In this document: positions 1-15,200 of the stretch, piece by piece
How the letters are laid out: every line of letters starts with the position of its first letter
Numbering within the stretch: the stretch's first letter is position 1
Assembly (NCBI GenBank): GCA_051294375.1
Contig: CM119263.1
Location: forward strand, 24,656,688-24,720,687
Origin: Paraspadella gotoi
Lineage: Eukaryota > Animalia > Chaetognatha
Length of the DNA stretch: 64,000 bases
Direction: 5' to 3'
Translations under genes and position numbers: made by a program
The notes under the pieces: generated by a model
What the model saw: only the letters and a program-made list of their open reading frames with translations
What the model was told of the DNA's origin: nothing
The model's database searches: none

Positions 1-357
1 TCATTCTCTCTCATCTTCCCCTTTTCCATATCCTCTACCCTCCCCTTTGCCTTTTTCCTTTTTTTCTCCTCATTCTCTCTCATCTTCCCCTTCTCCCTTT
101 CCTTTTCCCTGTCACTTATTTTTTACGTTTATATTGAGCCACATCAATGAAAATCCTTAAGATGCATTATAATAAAGATGCCTAGCAGATTTAATAAATC
201 GACACAATATTGCCGAAAATTCATTCGCAAAATCTTGTCGATTCTGAGAAAAACATGTCCTGACGCTTTCCATTAGATTAAAATGATGCGGTTTTTTTTT
301 CGTTTTATCTGTTCATCTTTTAAAACTAATGAGTTGAAAATATTCTTTTTATAAAAG

Positions 358-3300
358 ATGAATCAATCCCTAGTTCGCCCCTATTTCTGTTGTGGTACAA
401 AGTTATATTTAAGTGGATTTTTGTTATATCTTATCTTTCGATATTTTCAGTCATTTGCCGAAAATAAATGTTCATGGTATGGGTCATGCGGAGATTCTCC
501 AGTGCCTTGTAAATACGACGGGCCTCCTAAAGTAAGGTCAACTTGAACAATTGTCCATAAATTTGCTAAATGATAATTTTTTCCCCCTTTTTATAATATT
601 TTTTTTATTAAGGAACTGAATGACATCAAAGCAACTAACGTTTTGAACAAGTTGTGCGGTGATGTTTTTTCTTATTCACTCAAGCCTTCTATCTACACAA
701 ACGGTAAGACTTTTTATCTCGAAACTGTTAAACTGCCTGAATACAATTTTATATAAACTGAATGAAAGTTTAACAAAGAAGACAGCTTTGATTTTAATGA
801 ATTTAAGTCCTCTGCCTTGGAGAACTCTGTGAAATGATTGTGAATTTGTGTCACTGGATGGTGGATGTAAAAAATTAATTCATTTTTAATAATAGTGCTT
901 TTGAAATTTTTGATAAAAATAATTAAAACTATCATTAACATCATTCAATGAATTAATCTGATTTTTATAATTTTAATTGATAAAAAAATGATGTAATATT
1001 TTCTTTTATTCATATTTTTGAGTTTCAAATTATAATTTAATAAAAAGATATGAACTAAAATGTACAAAAAGTGTAAATATAAAATTGGGTGTGTGCAGAC
1101 CAAATAGTAAAAAATGAAAAAAGTTTGAAAAAATGACCGAATTACATAGTAAAAAAAAAAAAATTCAATCATACCGGTTTTAATCAGTTTAAGCGATTCA
1201 CAATGCTGAAGTTCCTGGGTTTCATTTTAGCAACTTCTGGATCCCTATTCTGTTGCGACGCTTCACAAGTTTACACGCTGGAAAAAAATTTAAGAATCGC
1301 CCAGACGAATCTCCGGCGATGCCCGGCTTGCCTCAAAAATTTTCAGCGCTTTTATTGTCACATGACATGCAGTCCAAATCAGGCAGATTTTATGTATGTT
1401 ACGCGAGAATGTAAGTCCTTTTTATTTATTACGTGGTATTATTTTACCATAAACAAGCGTTTTTTTAATCGGTAATTGTCCACCAGCGGGGAACCAAACT
1501 AGTGAAGTCGCTGTCGCTGTAGCCAAAAATGTCGCGGAGGATCTCTACGAGAATTGCAAGGATGTGCAATTTCCCAGTAACAATCAAAAGGCTATATCCT
1601 TGTTTTGTGGCACAAGCGCTGGAGCGGAATGCGATCCACAGAAGTAAATATCGAGGTTGAATCATGCGACTGTAATTTAGATATTAATTATAATAATAAT
1701 TGTTAATTTTGTTTAGGTTGCTCGATTATCAAGGGTCGACCTCGAACGGTTATGCCCCCTTCGATATAAAGTTCTATTTGACAAATACTCCGCAAGAGGT
1801 CTTTAAAAAAGATAAATACGGAAAAAAAGGAACTATTTTTCCGGATAGTTTTAACTTGACCTCGTCTCAATGTGACGTTGGTAAGATCTTCTGTGGGCAA
1901 CTAACTTAGTGTATGCTCATAATATCCTCCTTTCGTGATAGGCAAAAATTTTATCCCTAAAATTATTTTTAGTTTTTAATGTTGAAAATAAAAGTTTAAC
2001 ATTTTTATCTAGGTTTGTCGAACACTTCTGAACCATGTTCTTGTCAAGATTGCAGCAAGGCTTGTGGTCCACCACCTTCTCCAATAGTTGATCCTGAACC
2101 TTGCCTTATTATGGGTAATCCGTCAAAAATATAACTTTTTTCAGATGCGATGGGCACGTTGTAGTCTTTTTCCCCCTTTCATCATCCTCAGGAGTGGATT
2201 GCATGTCAGTGGCCATGTTCATCATTTTTTCCACCTTTTTCTTTCTCTTTTGGGCCACAACGATATTTTTCGCTTTTGTTGGCGATCATCGCAGCCTGGA
2301 TAATATCTTTTGTTGTCCGCCCAGGTAGGATTATCTTTTTTTTTTATGTCGAGAAATTTTGTGTGTTGGTAGGAAAGTGTGATATATAGTTTGATATAAA
2401 GCTGGATATTGTACATTGTCTAATGGATCATTTCATTTCTTTCAATTCGTTTCATTTGTTTCAACTCGTTTCATTTGTTTCAACTCGTTTCATTTCTTTC
2501 AACTCGTTTCATTTCTTTCAACTCGTTTCATTTCTTTCAACTCGTTTCATTTCTTTCAACTCGTTTCATTTCTTTCAACTCGTTTCATTTCTTTCAACTC
2601 GTTTCATTTCTTTCAACTCGTTTCATTTCTTTCAACTCGTTTCATTTCTTTCAACTCACTCATTTTGGTTATCATTGCATTAATAATTGGTTATCATTGC
2701 ATTAATAATTGGTTATCATTGCATTAATAATTGGTTATCATTGCATTAATAATTGGTTATCATTGCATTAATAATTGGTATCATTGCATAATAATTGGTT
2801 ATCATTGCATTAATAATTGGTTATCATTGCATTAATAATTGGTTATCATTGCATTAATAATTGGTTATCATTGCATTAATAATTGGTTATCATTGCATTA
2901 ATAATTGGTTATCATTGCATTAATAATGGTTATCATTGCATTAATAATTGGTTATCATTGCATTAATAATTGGTTATCATTGCATTAATAATTGGTACAT
3001 TGCATTAATAATTGGTTATCATTGCATTAATAATTGGTTATCATTGCATTAATAATCGGTTATCATCGTATTAATAATCGGTCATCATTGCATTAATAAT
3101 TGGTTTTCATTGCATTAATAATTGGTTTTCATCGCATTAATAATTGGTTAATAGTTGGTTAATAATTGGTTTAACTTCTGAACAAATAAAGGAATCACTA
3201 AATATGAGCAAGTCAAATCTTTAAGTAATAAAATGTTAAAGTATTATTATTAATTAATTAGTTAAAATATTACTATGACTCATGTTAATCATTAACATTG

Positions 3301-6208
3301 CTAAAGACTATATTTAACTACTAGAAAACCATGAAACAGAACTAATACCAAAATCCAAAATGAAATTAAACACATTTAGATTCAATACTGCAATATGTAA
3401 ATGAGATTGAGAGATTCAATCTCATTTAAGATCATATTAAATAATTATCCCTTACATTAACGTCTGGCGAGATAACTAAACTTAAGATTTTTTAAATAAA
3501 ACTTTTTACCCAGATCATAACTTTTTCAATATATATATATATATATTAGAGTTCCCCAGCCTCAAAAAACCCCATACTAAAGTCTTCACTCGGTCCGGTT
3601 TCCATTATTTCTTAACTTAAATTCATTTTAAAAGCCGTGTTTAAGCAAAAAATGTTGTTGCTAATAAACCCAATCGAGCGTCAAAGTAAACAAGTATTGA
3701 GCAAAAAAAAATATAGCGCAAATGATAATAAATTTTAAAGAAGAGAGGTTTAATATGCTATAACATAAGATTTTTACCAATATTAGTTAAAAAAATACAA
3801 GTAGTTCTCTCCTATTTTTGTTTTATAAAATTTAAAAATCTCTTGTTATTATGGGGCGTGGCCTTAACCGGAAGTAAGGTTTTCAGCCTATAAGTGTTTT
3901 ATTGTTCCAATTTCAATGAAATTAATTTTAAATGTAACAAAAAGTTAGATTTTATTATATTTTATTATTCTGATAATCTAACAAATTTTTTTTTATCTTT
4001 GTTTTTAAGCAATGGGCAATCAGTTTTGGGCAAGCTTAGTCATATCCACAATCAATTCAAAATTAAAGGTTAATATTTTTACCTCAGGTAAAAAAAAATA
4101 CTTGTATAGGCAATTTAACCTTTTTGCTAGATAAAGAGCAAATTAAACTGAAATATAATATTAATCTCAATGATTTTTATAAAATTTAGTTTTTCCTTGA
4201 TCAAAAGACGAACTTAAATCTCCATCATTCTAATTTTTGTTCTTTAAAAAATAATAATTAAAATAATTGAAAATAATAATAATAATATTAATTCTACTAA
4301 TGGTAATATATAATAATTTAAAAATTGGAAATATAATTAAAAAAAATGGAATTAAGTTTAAATTGACATATCACTGAGAAGCTGTCTTTATTAGAATAGA
4401 GCTGGAGAGAGATAAAGGTTTTTAACAAAGAACAGAGAATGGAGAGTGGATTGGGGATAAGTAGAGAAGAGACAGAGTTAGGGAAGCAAAATAGGTCAAC
4501 CCATCGAAGCAACTTAGTTCGTCTCTCCACGAACCGGGCATCCCCTCAAAAAGAATACTTTAGATAGAGGAAGGGGAGTCCGTCATCCTGTTGCAAAAGA
4601 AGCAATAACGGAATGACTGCTCACCTTACTGTCAGTGAGAAGAGGGCTCTTGACAGGTGCCGCAGGCTCAATTGACATTTGAGTAGTATTAAGCATTGTC
4701 CCCAAAAGATCTATCCTTATCCCAAAAGCATCAACTTGATATCACTGTCCGGCTGTTGCCTCCAACTTTGAATGGTTTTAGGACCGTTCATATTTTTAAC
4801 CAAGAATTTTGTTTTATTTGCGCTTGTTTACAAACAAATCAAATGCTTTTACTCCCTTGTTGGCTATTTTAAACTGTAATAAACATTTTTTGAATCCTCC
4901 TTTGTCGTCATTTTTAAATCAATCAGAAAGTGAGGCAACTCAAACTATTCACAATTTGATAATTTCATTTTCACCATTTTGGCTTTCAAAACTTTTACTT
5001 TATTTTCTTAGTTCTTGTTGACAACCATTATCTCTCTTTCTCTCTCTCTCTCTCTCTCTGGCAACACAGAGTTGAAACATGTCTATTGAGGATTTTACCG
5101 TAACGCCGTGAACGAGCTAGTATTTTCTGCTGTGCTATTCTTTATAGAAATTTGAAGAATATCAATTTAGTAAATTTATTGTAGTAGATATAAAATGGGC
5201 GTGAGGCGTGAATCATGTAGCAAGTCTATTTCTCAACATAAAAAAGAGAAACTTATTAAAAAATAGTCAACTTTAAATAATCATAATAATTGCAAATATA
5301 ACATTTTAAATTTTTACTAACTGTCATGAATCATTGGTAATTTATCCTCACAGCTTTAGGTAAGTATGTCTCTTTTATAACTTTGGGTAAGGAAAAAGGA
5401 CTGACCAATCCGAGATCTACATTTAAAATGTTGGACATAAACTCTCGTCGTAATCCGTCGTTCTTGGTTACAGAATTCTTATGTTATATCTTACACTTGA
5501 TAGGGAAGCCAGGTTCACTGGGAGTGAATAAATGAGACTGTGAAAGAGTCTTGATTGAAAGCTTGCAGAAACCTGCTATGTTATTATCTTGTAAGTGTGA
5601 TGGAGGCCTTAAACCACCAAAGCCTGTCCAAAGTCAGGGACAAGATAGCTTATTTATTAAATGAATGGATAATTTTTATATTGGTTGTACCAATTTCATT
5701 ATATGAATTATATATATTGTATATATATATACTTTACTGTATCTCTCTACTCTCTGTATTGTAGGCATAAGCTCTTCAAATGTTAAGTTTTAGTTCTTTT
5801 AATTGCCTTGGTCTAAAATTATACCTTTTTCTAGGAAAGGTTATTTTAATACTACTTCCGGTTATTTTTCCTTTACCTCCGGTTATTTTTACCTTACATC
5901 CGGTTTATACAGATGCCCTGTTTTAAAAAATATACTTTTTAAATAATTAATTTAGTTTTAAATCATTGGTAGCAAATTATTTAATAAAAAATTAACAATA
6001 AGGAAAAAACATTAGATTTTTTTTAAGAAAAACAAAATTTACAACACGAGGATTGCGCTAATTGACTTTGACGCTTCATTGGGTTGATACGCGATCGCAT
6101 TTTTTTTCCAGATTTGAGTTAAAACTTATTTAATATTGATTAATAACGGGAAACCGAACCGAGTGAGAACTTGGGAGACAATTTTTTGATACTGGGGAGG
6201 TCTAATAT

Positions 6209-6244
<36 letters not shown>

Positions 6245-9200
6245 GAGAATATAGAATTAAATTAACTTTTACAGAAGAAATTATCCCGAGAAATAATATA
6301 GAGTATAGAATAATTACAAATATCAGTAATAATCAATTACAAATAATACATAAAATTCAGCTCCTTGTATTTTGATGCTAGTGCGGAGTACAATATAGTA
6401 TTCCCCGATCTAATACTTAAGGGAGTGGTCTTTTCATACAATTGAAACATTCTTTGAAATATTATACCACTTCATTGATAGGGAAGCCAGGTTCACTGGG
6501 AGTGAATAAATAAGACTGTGAGAGAGTCTTGATTGAAAGCTTGCAGAAACCTGCTATGTTATTATCTTGTAAGTGTGATGGAGGCCTTAAACCACCAAAG
6601 CCTGTCCAAAGTCAGGGACAAGATAGCTTATTTATTAAATGAATGGATAATTTTTATATTGGTTGTACCAATTTCATTAAATAAAATAATTAAAAATGTC
6701 ACAATGTTTATTATCTTCGTAAGGAAGAATTGGAGATACTGTGCCAAAGATAAGAAATTGTGTGTCTTTCGCACTGTATCTCAATTATAATGACAATAAA
6801 CTATTATAATTAGGAACGTTATACGCGTTAATGATAGCGATAAAGATGACGACGACGTGCAGTGCTATCCCGCAATTTCCACGCGAAGCAATCTGCGAGA
6901 AGAGAATGCAAATGAGGAGGACTTGGAGCAACGGCCAGACCAGAAGGACGACTGTGACATTCAAAAGGTATGCATCCTTAATTTAATCATAATTTGTTTT
7001 TCGCTATAACAAAACGCCAATAAATTTATTAAAAAATTAATATTTATAAATAAAAGTTTATAAAATATCTCTTTTAGGATCAATGAGCGTAATAGTTAGG
7101 CGAATAGTTAAATTTATATTACTGAAATTTCTAAATCTGTAATCTCTATGTAATTTAATGACACTGGATATACTATTTCGTAATTTCTTCTTCTCATGAA
7201 ATGAAAGATAAAATGAAAGATTTCTGAATCAATTTGTTTTATTACTGTTTTTTATTTCAAACTTGTTTAAGAAGGTGGTCTATGTCCTACCTTTACCGCC
7301 TTATCCCATCCCGAAAACTCAAGATTCTGATGCTTTGCTAAAAACAGTAAGATTAAGCCATATTTTTTTACTTCGCCGAGATCTGACTGCAAAAATAAAG
7401 CGACTGGGTCAATTATCGTTGACTAAAAAACATAATCGTTTATCTGACAATCTTATTGCGTTTTTCTTTTTACATATATATTTGAAACAAGAAAGACGAA
7501 GAAATATGAAATTACTGGCGTTCGCGTTTTTTTAGACCGAAAGCATTAGGCGTTTAACTTCTAACATTTTTTTAGTCTGCTTATTAGCAGATTCCGACTC
7601 TATAATTCACTTTGTCGGTCCCACCCCTAAATCTTGTCGGTAAATAATTTTTAAACTCCAATAACTCGTTATTGTATGGATGGATTGGAATGAAATTTTG
7701 TGTGTAGGTATGAAAGTGTGTGATTGAGCTGGATATAAAGTTTCGATGGAATCGTGCTTGTGGAAATAAGTTAAAATGAAAAGTATTTTTACAAAGTTTC
7801 TCTCTCTCTATCTCTGATTGATTGATTGATTGATTGCCCAAATTATGCCAGTTGAAAAAAATTATGTCAGTTGACCAAATTGAGCAAGTGGACCAAATTA
7901 TGCAAGTTGATTAAATTATGCAGGTTTATTAAATTATGCAGGTTGACCAAATTATGCCTGTTGACCAAATTATGCACAGCTACTGGTAATGATTGATAGA
8001 TCAATTGATTTATAGATTTTTTTATAGATTTATTATGAAGTCTGTTATGATTTATTATGTTACGATTTGTTATGATCTGTTAAGATCACAAATTGAAAGT
8101 CAGATTTATCATCGGATTAGTTTATTACCGCTTAATTATCGTAGGTAGATCCGAGGTTGTTTGCTTCAACTTTTTTTAAAATGCCCAGCTTTTTCTTGCT
8201 TAACATTTGTTACTAATACTAATTTATTAATAATTTTTGCACGTATAACTTTTTATTTTATTAACTTATCTGGATTACGATAGGTATCCCTTACAATGTT
8301 ACATAATAATCTTTATACATATACATTTTTCTACTGTATAGATTAAAATTAAAACATCCTACGAGCGAAAATGTGAGCTTGATAGATAGAATTTCAAAGT
8401 CATGATCCGGGCAGGATTAGATTCAAATAATAGTTGAGAATTTATTCGGTCTTTGCATACCAAAAAATGAAATATAGTAGAAATAATAATTATATAATAT
8501 TATAAAAGAATATAAAGAATAAATATAAGAAATAACATAAAAGAATCAATAATTAAATATAATATATAGTAAAATATATTAATATAGTGAAATATATTAA
8601 ACTTTTACAATCATTAATCTTTTAATTTTTCATAGAACAGTACTTCGAAGACTTCTGTCTTCCAAGGTGTAAACATGAAATGAAAACAAGTTTTAGCAAA
8701 CAATGCCGGATCTGCCCACAATCATTAGCGGTAAGCAGCTGATCAGATAAATAATATCAGATAATATCAGATATATAATATTATATTTTTTATTCGTGTC
8801 AAAATCGTTTTTCACTTTTTCTCGCCTATCAATCACAAAACAATCTCGATCACAAAATTAATTAATTACGAATGTTTAATAATTAATTAATGCAGCTTGA
8901 ATTTACATTTAATATAAAAATAAAAAAACAATCAAATAGTGAAATAGATTGTTTGTTTTTTCCATTTTAGCTCATTTCCACTTTCCTACCAACACACAAA
9001 ATATCATTCCAATCCATCCATCAAATCACGAGTACTTGGTGTTTTTTGCCAAGGTTGGACAGACGGACGGACGGACATTATTTTTTTTCATAATTAATCA
9101 TAATTTGAAGTTCTGACATCTTATAAGTGAATGCCCGACAAGATTGGGGGGACGGACCGACAAAGTGAATTATAGAGCCGGAATCTGCTGTAAGCAGATC

Positions 9201-12200
9201 CGGATAAAAATGTGTCTATGAGTATGAGGCTCACAAAACTTGCTTCACAGAAGTCTCTTCCCTCTCACTATTTATAATCATATAAGTTTATTTTTCTAAA
9301 TTTTTATTGTCAGTTTGAAACCCGTTTCCTTTCTTTTGAAAAGAGTTCTTAGTAAATGTATTTATAAAATATATATTCAAGTTTTAATTATAAAAAGCTT
9401 TAGTTCAATAGATTAAACCATACAGATTGAAACGATTATTACTAGCTTAGAAAAGCTGTAAAGAAAAAAACTCATTTTTTCACTCGGTCGTAAAATAAAG
9501 ATAATTGTTTTTTTGGGAAAAGAACTGTCATCGCCACGAAACTGGAGCAGTTAATTTGCGTTTTACTTACGCCTAAGGTTTTTTAATACTAACATCTGTT
9601 TTGCCCCTTTTAACGTTTGTGGTTTAACACAATCACTATCACAAATTTTGGGATTTTACCCCGATTTTTTTACTACCTTTTTGTATATTTAAAAAATATA
9701 ATATTTGTTAAAAATAAGCCTAAGCCTACAAACCTTGTCCATAAACAGAAGCAAGATAGCTTTTATTTGAATGAATGGATTATTTTTTATTGGTTACCTC
9801 AGTGATTTCCCCGAGATTTTTCGCTCTCCAATTTATCTTCTTTGGCCAGATTACCCGCAAGGATATTCATTGCCTGGACCGGTGTGGTGCTCGACTTGAG
9901 ACTATCATCACCCGTCTCTTCACTCGATGGGGTCTTTTTGTGGCGCGTCATCCTTGGATGGTTTTAGCCGGTGAGGAATATAATCCGTTTTGTTTAGCCG
10001 TTTATATTTAGCTTCCGGTCACTTCTACCGCCATAAAAAGAGGCGCAATGGGGGGAAAATTAAGCAGATACTTCTTTTCTCTCACGGCGGCTGTTCTTCG
10101 GCTTTGTGGTTCATGATACTGTTTGACATCATCAAAAGAGGGAGGGAGTCTACGATTTATAGAAGGTTTCATCCGATAGCCTTAACTCTGGATAACTAAA
10201 AACAAATGGAGCTTAAAAAGATTTAGAAATGCCCTATGTCGCTTGATGTAAACTCGAAATTAATTGATTTCAATTTATTTGGATAAAATATTCCTGTATT
10301 TTTATAATTTTAATTTTTTATAATCGTGATTAAAGCTGAAAAGTGCGATCCCCAACTTCCAGGGTGGGGTAAAACGGAACACTTTTCAATTTTTTGAAAA
10401 ATGCTGCCCCTAGGGGCCGCAGGATAAAAACGAATACAACAGCCTGTACTGTAGCTGTAGCGGGGACACTTTCCTAGATCCACCAACCGTTCATCAGCGG
10501 CCATTGGTGCAGCAGGCAAGTCATTCGCTTCCCAACCTAATGGTCTGGGGCTCTAGCCTGGTGGTCGCCTAGCAGTTAAGAGGAGCGGGGCGCTTAACCC
10601 GCCTGTAACACGGTATTACAGCCTGGTCCAAAGCTTATATTGAACGGTTCTGTCACTAACTGATAACAATTATTACTATCTCTTCACTATGTGAAAACTT
10701 TGATTACTTACAAAAGTGTTTCGTATGACCTCGCAATTTCTTAAATTAATTAAATTTGTTCAATTTAATTAATTCAAATCATACTTTTAAAATTATTATT
10801 CAATGCAATTTATCTCAATTTTTATTTATTTAATTCAAACGCAAAATCTGATTGTGCACTTAAAATTATACTAGAAACTGAACAGGATTGTGAAAATTTT
10901 TGATTGCATGGTTAAAAAAAAAGTCTTTACACTAAGTTTAGTCTTTTAATGATTGCTCCATGAATCATGGGCTAAGAAGAAGTCGAATAGCAAAGCAGTT
11001 TTAAAAAAACGCTTATTTTCGGTAGGAGCAGGAAAGTTTTACAGTAGGAACAAAATGGAAGAAATTATTGACCGACATAAGCCTGGCTCCGTGGGGTGAT
11101 TTTGCGTTGCAACTTATTTAATTTCTTTGCCTAAGCTGCTTTGATCATCTGCACAATCGGGTCAATTGGATTTGTTCAGTATTCCTTGATTACTGATCCG
11201 GTTGATTTATGGTCTTCTCCCACAAATCTTGCTCGGAAGGAACGACAGTATTTCAACAAGCATTTCGGGTACTAATTATCTTTATTATATTGCTGTGGTT
11301 TTGCACATAAGTGGCGTCGTTTTTATCGGCGTTCCAAATTATAGATCGCCTTTTTGATGATTAAATTTGGGTGTATGAAGCGGAAAATTCATATACAGCA
11401 TCTCATCATCGATGTCATTAAAATTGGGTCAGGACAGTTATTAAATATGTTTTGTTTATGTTTTATCAAAACAAATAAATATCCTCCTTATTTTCATGTC
11501 TCCTTCTCTCTCTCTTTTCTCCTTTAATTATATGTAGCTCTCTCTCTCTCTCTTTTCCCCAGTGCTTATTCATCGGAAAAAAAGAGTCTGCAGCTGGCTC
11601 TGCAGGGGCTCTCTCTTTTTCTTTCTTTTCTCCTGCTTATGCTGCTTCCTTTTGATTCTTTCTATTTCTCTCTCTCTCTGCGTTTTTATTAAAAAAAAAA
11701 TTGAATTAGGATTGAACTCGTAAAATTAGGCATCGCATTTGTGCATGTTATCATTTTGCTATCGCAATATCGGGTTTTTAATTTTTTTTTCTCGGGGGAT
11801 GCGTCTGCTGATCAGTTTATTTTTTGACAATGAAAAAGTTTTTTTTCTTTTCAGAAACTAACTTTAATTTTCCTCGGTACTTTATTATTTTTTTTATTGA
11901 CAATCGTAATCTTTCTGTTTATAAATTAATTTTCTTTTCTCAAATTTTTTTTTTTTTTAGTATCAAAATTTATCGTCAATCCAGATTTTTCTCATGCGAT
12001 CGCGACGATCCTTATGCTTTTAAGATTTTTTTCATTTATTTTTGTTCTTATTTTTGTGATAGTCCCTTCTATCGCACGGAGCAATTGATCATCACTCCAG
12101 ATCCAAAGACATATCCTGGAGATCCACGTTACACATTTCCAGGTGGTGTAATCGGAGAATTCAGTTACGGTCCCGTGCTGAATAGAAAATTTCTCATAGA

Positions 12201-15200
12201 GGTAAGTCGCGACTCCCACTTTACTATACGTGTATGTATAAATTCGTATATGGGGGCCTCTCCTTTGGAACAGGCTCTCAAGATTCAAAATTACATTGCC
12301 AATGACCTCAAAGCTGAGTTCGGGAATGAAGACGTTTTTCTGAAAAATATATGTTATAAGCCGTTGTTTCCCGATAATGAAAACTGCGCCATAATGAGTC
12401 CCTTACAATATTTTCAAAATGATATGGAGAAATTGACGATGGTAAAAGATTGGTTGGATTTGGATTGCTCGGACGGTGATGCCAGGAATCAAATCTTTGA
12501 ATGCATCCAGTGAGTAACTATAATTATAATGTAACAAATATTAACCTAATCATAATTTTTTTCGCTTCATTATCCATCAGATCTCCTACTCTGCCAGCCA
12601 CCAAGTGTATGGGATTTCCCTGCCTCGGCGACTTTGGTGGTCCCGCGATGCCCAACGTTATTTTTGGAGATTATATTTACAAAAATTCCTTGGACTACAT
12701 GAAGGCAAACATGATCGCCATCACTTTTCCGGTTAACAACTACGAAGACCGAGAGAAAAATAGAGCGGCTGAAGCTTGGGAAAAATCGTGAGTTTCTGTT
12801 ATTGTATCTTATTTTGAAGAAAATTACTTAAAACCTACGTTGCTCAGGCGATTCTGTGAGTTTAGGCTAAGATGCGTAGATTTTACGTTATTGTTGGGCA
12901 GTTGGGTTGCGAGAGTGATTCAAATTACTTTTTCTTTATCTTTATTTATCAGGTACCTCGAATACCTACATTCGATGAAAGAGACATTCGACAAGAAAAA
13001 CTTAACCGTCGCGTTCATGGCAGAGCGAAGCATTCAAGACGAAATCGATCGAGAATCCACTGGTGACGTTATGACTATTATTATCTCCTACGCTGTCATG
13101 TTCGTTTACGTCACTATCGCCTTGGGAGAGTTTTATTCATGGGAGAGAATTCTGGTGAGATTCATGAAGGTTCAAGGCATTCAAAAATCTGTTTTAAGAG
13201 ATGAAATTAAGAGACTCCGGGCAGGCAATTCCAAAAATAAAAGATATAAAGAATTAAAGATAAATTAAGAGAATGTTCAAAAACCTTCGAAATTAATAGC
13301 ATCTCGAAGAAAAGTAAACATTTCCCCGACGTTAAAGAAAAACAAAGGCGGGTTGAAAGATCGAATTTAAAAGGAAAAAAATGACAAGTTAAACATTTTA
13401 TCTAAAATGAGATCTGATTTTAAGTCAAGTGGAACAGTTAAGAGAAGTTGGTTTGCCTTGTCTGTTAATCAACCCCCGCTTTTGTATGAAATTGAAACCA
13501 TGTAAATAGTATTACTATTATTATTTGTACTGTGGAATATGTAAATAATCATACGGAATTTAAATATTCAAAGACATCAGGCTATCAAATGAGATTTGAT
13601 TAAAGAATAATTTTCAAATGAACATTTGTAACTTGGTAATTTTAGAAAGCAATTATTACTTTTTTTTTATTGTGCAGCTCGACTCGAAAATAGTTTTAGG
13701 AATGGGTGGCGTTTTGGTCGTTATCGTTTCTGTCACGACCTCTATCGGTCTTTATTCGTTCATGGGCGTGCCATTAACTCTGATCATCATTGAAGTTATT
13801 CCCTTTTTGGTCCTCGCCGTTGGAGTAGATAACATATTCATTCTCGTTCAAACATATCAGGTTAGGGAATCATTAGTTAATAACTAGACGAGAATCTCGC
13901 TTTAAAAAAAATTCAACATTTTCTAATAGAGAATTCCGTTCAAATCTGACTACCCAAATTGCAAACGCGTTTGCCAGAAATTCGGTTAAAAAACACTTGT
14001 AAAAACGATCGATTCCGAGAGCGTTACATCTGAAGAGCTTGTCCTATCGTTTTATGGCATTTGATAAAGGATTTAATATCAAACAAGCCAGGGGAAATGC
14101 ACTACTCATCTCCGGAGAATTTTCAAACCTCATTTTTACTATAGAAATGAAAGGGAAAGTTTACAAACTTAAAATTGCAAACGGGATTGCAATATGTTCC
14201 TGTTACATGAGCGACTTCGAATTTCGCGATCTGATAGCTTTGTGTCTGAAGAGCTTGTCCTATTTTCTTTTTTTCATTTTATAATGATTTTGACATAAAA
14301 TGATCAGGTTTTAAATAAAATAGTCCGGTTTGAATCGCGAAATTTTTATTTAAAAAGAAATTAAAAGGAAGGTTGAGAAAAAAACTGATTTTCCTAATAG
14401 TACCAAAATGAAGCCATAATCATAGGGCACATACAAGATACAATTTTAGAATTACTTATGCTGAAACCTCCTTACAGGGTGATTGTCAAACTAAGTCAAA
14501 ATTATAATGAATTTTAAAACTAATGACACCCATAAGAATAAATGAAAATTTAATTCTTTTTAATGATTCTGAAAGAAAAAAGGCTAAATTGTACTCTAGT
14601 AAAACTTTAAAGTTTTTTGGATAAAGAAAATGTGAATTTTTTGTCACTTAAATATTTGCTTGTCTGATTTTACAAGCATGCTTACAAAATTCTACAAAAT
14701 ATTATTTACCCCATCACAGCCTAAGTATTTATCCTTCTTTTCCACCAGCAAAAAGTAAACATTATCTTATTGAAGAGAACAGGGATGTTTACTGAAAGGA
14801 GCCGGAAGCCATTCAATTTCTTCACTTTGATGTTATTTTTTAATAATAAAATAAGCGATTTTTTTAATTATTTAACTCTCACAGGCTTCATAAGATATTA
14901 CACTTTCATAATATCCCAATGTTAATGTAATTTATATATATTTTTTACCCAGAAATCATAAAATAACAGAAAGTTGTGGATTCCCTTCGCTCGTTTAAGA
15001 AAAAAAAATTAACTAGCGGAATTATAAGTTTGTAAGAGGAAGTCAGAATCGGCAAAAATCTTAAAAGGCGAGAATGTTTTAAAAAAGGGGTGGAATTTTG
15101 ATGGGTTTTCTAAGATTTCTCCACAATGTGAGGTCCGATTAAAGCGAAACTTGAGATTTACAATATTCCCGTCATTCCACATCTATCGATATAAAAATAT

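Noticed and set aside
2431-3150. Tandem repeats as a CRISPR array, or the overlapping repetitive ORFs as genes
   Set aside because: Head-to-tail units with no unique spacers, in a eukaryotic intron; the ORFs are artefacts of a stop-free 19-bp unit.
5555-6790. Duplicated ORFs [11 protein letters not shown]...
   Set aside because: They come from the 200-bp dispersed repeat and start at TTG; no coding evidence.
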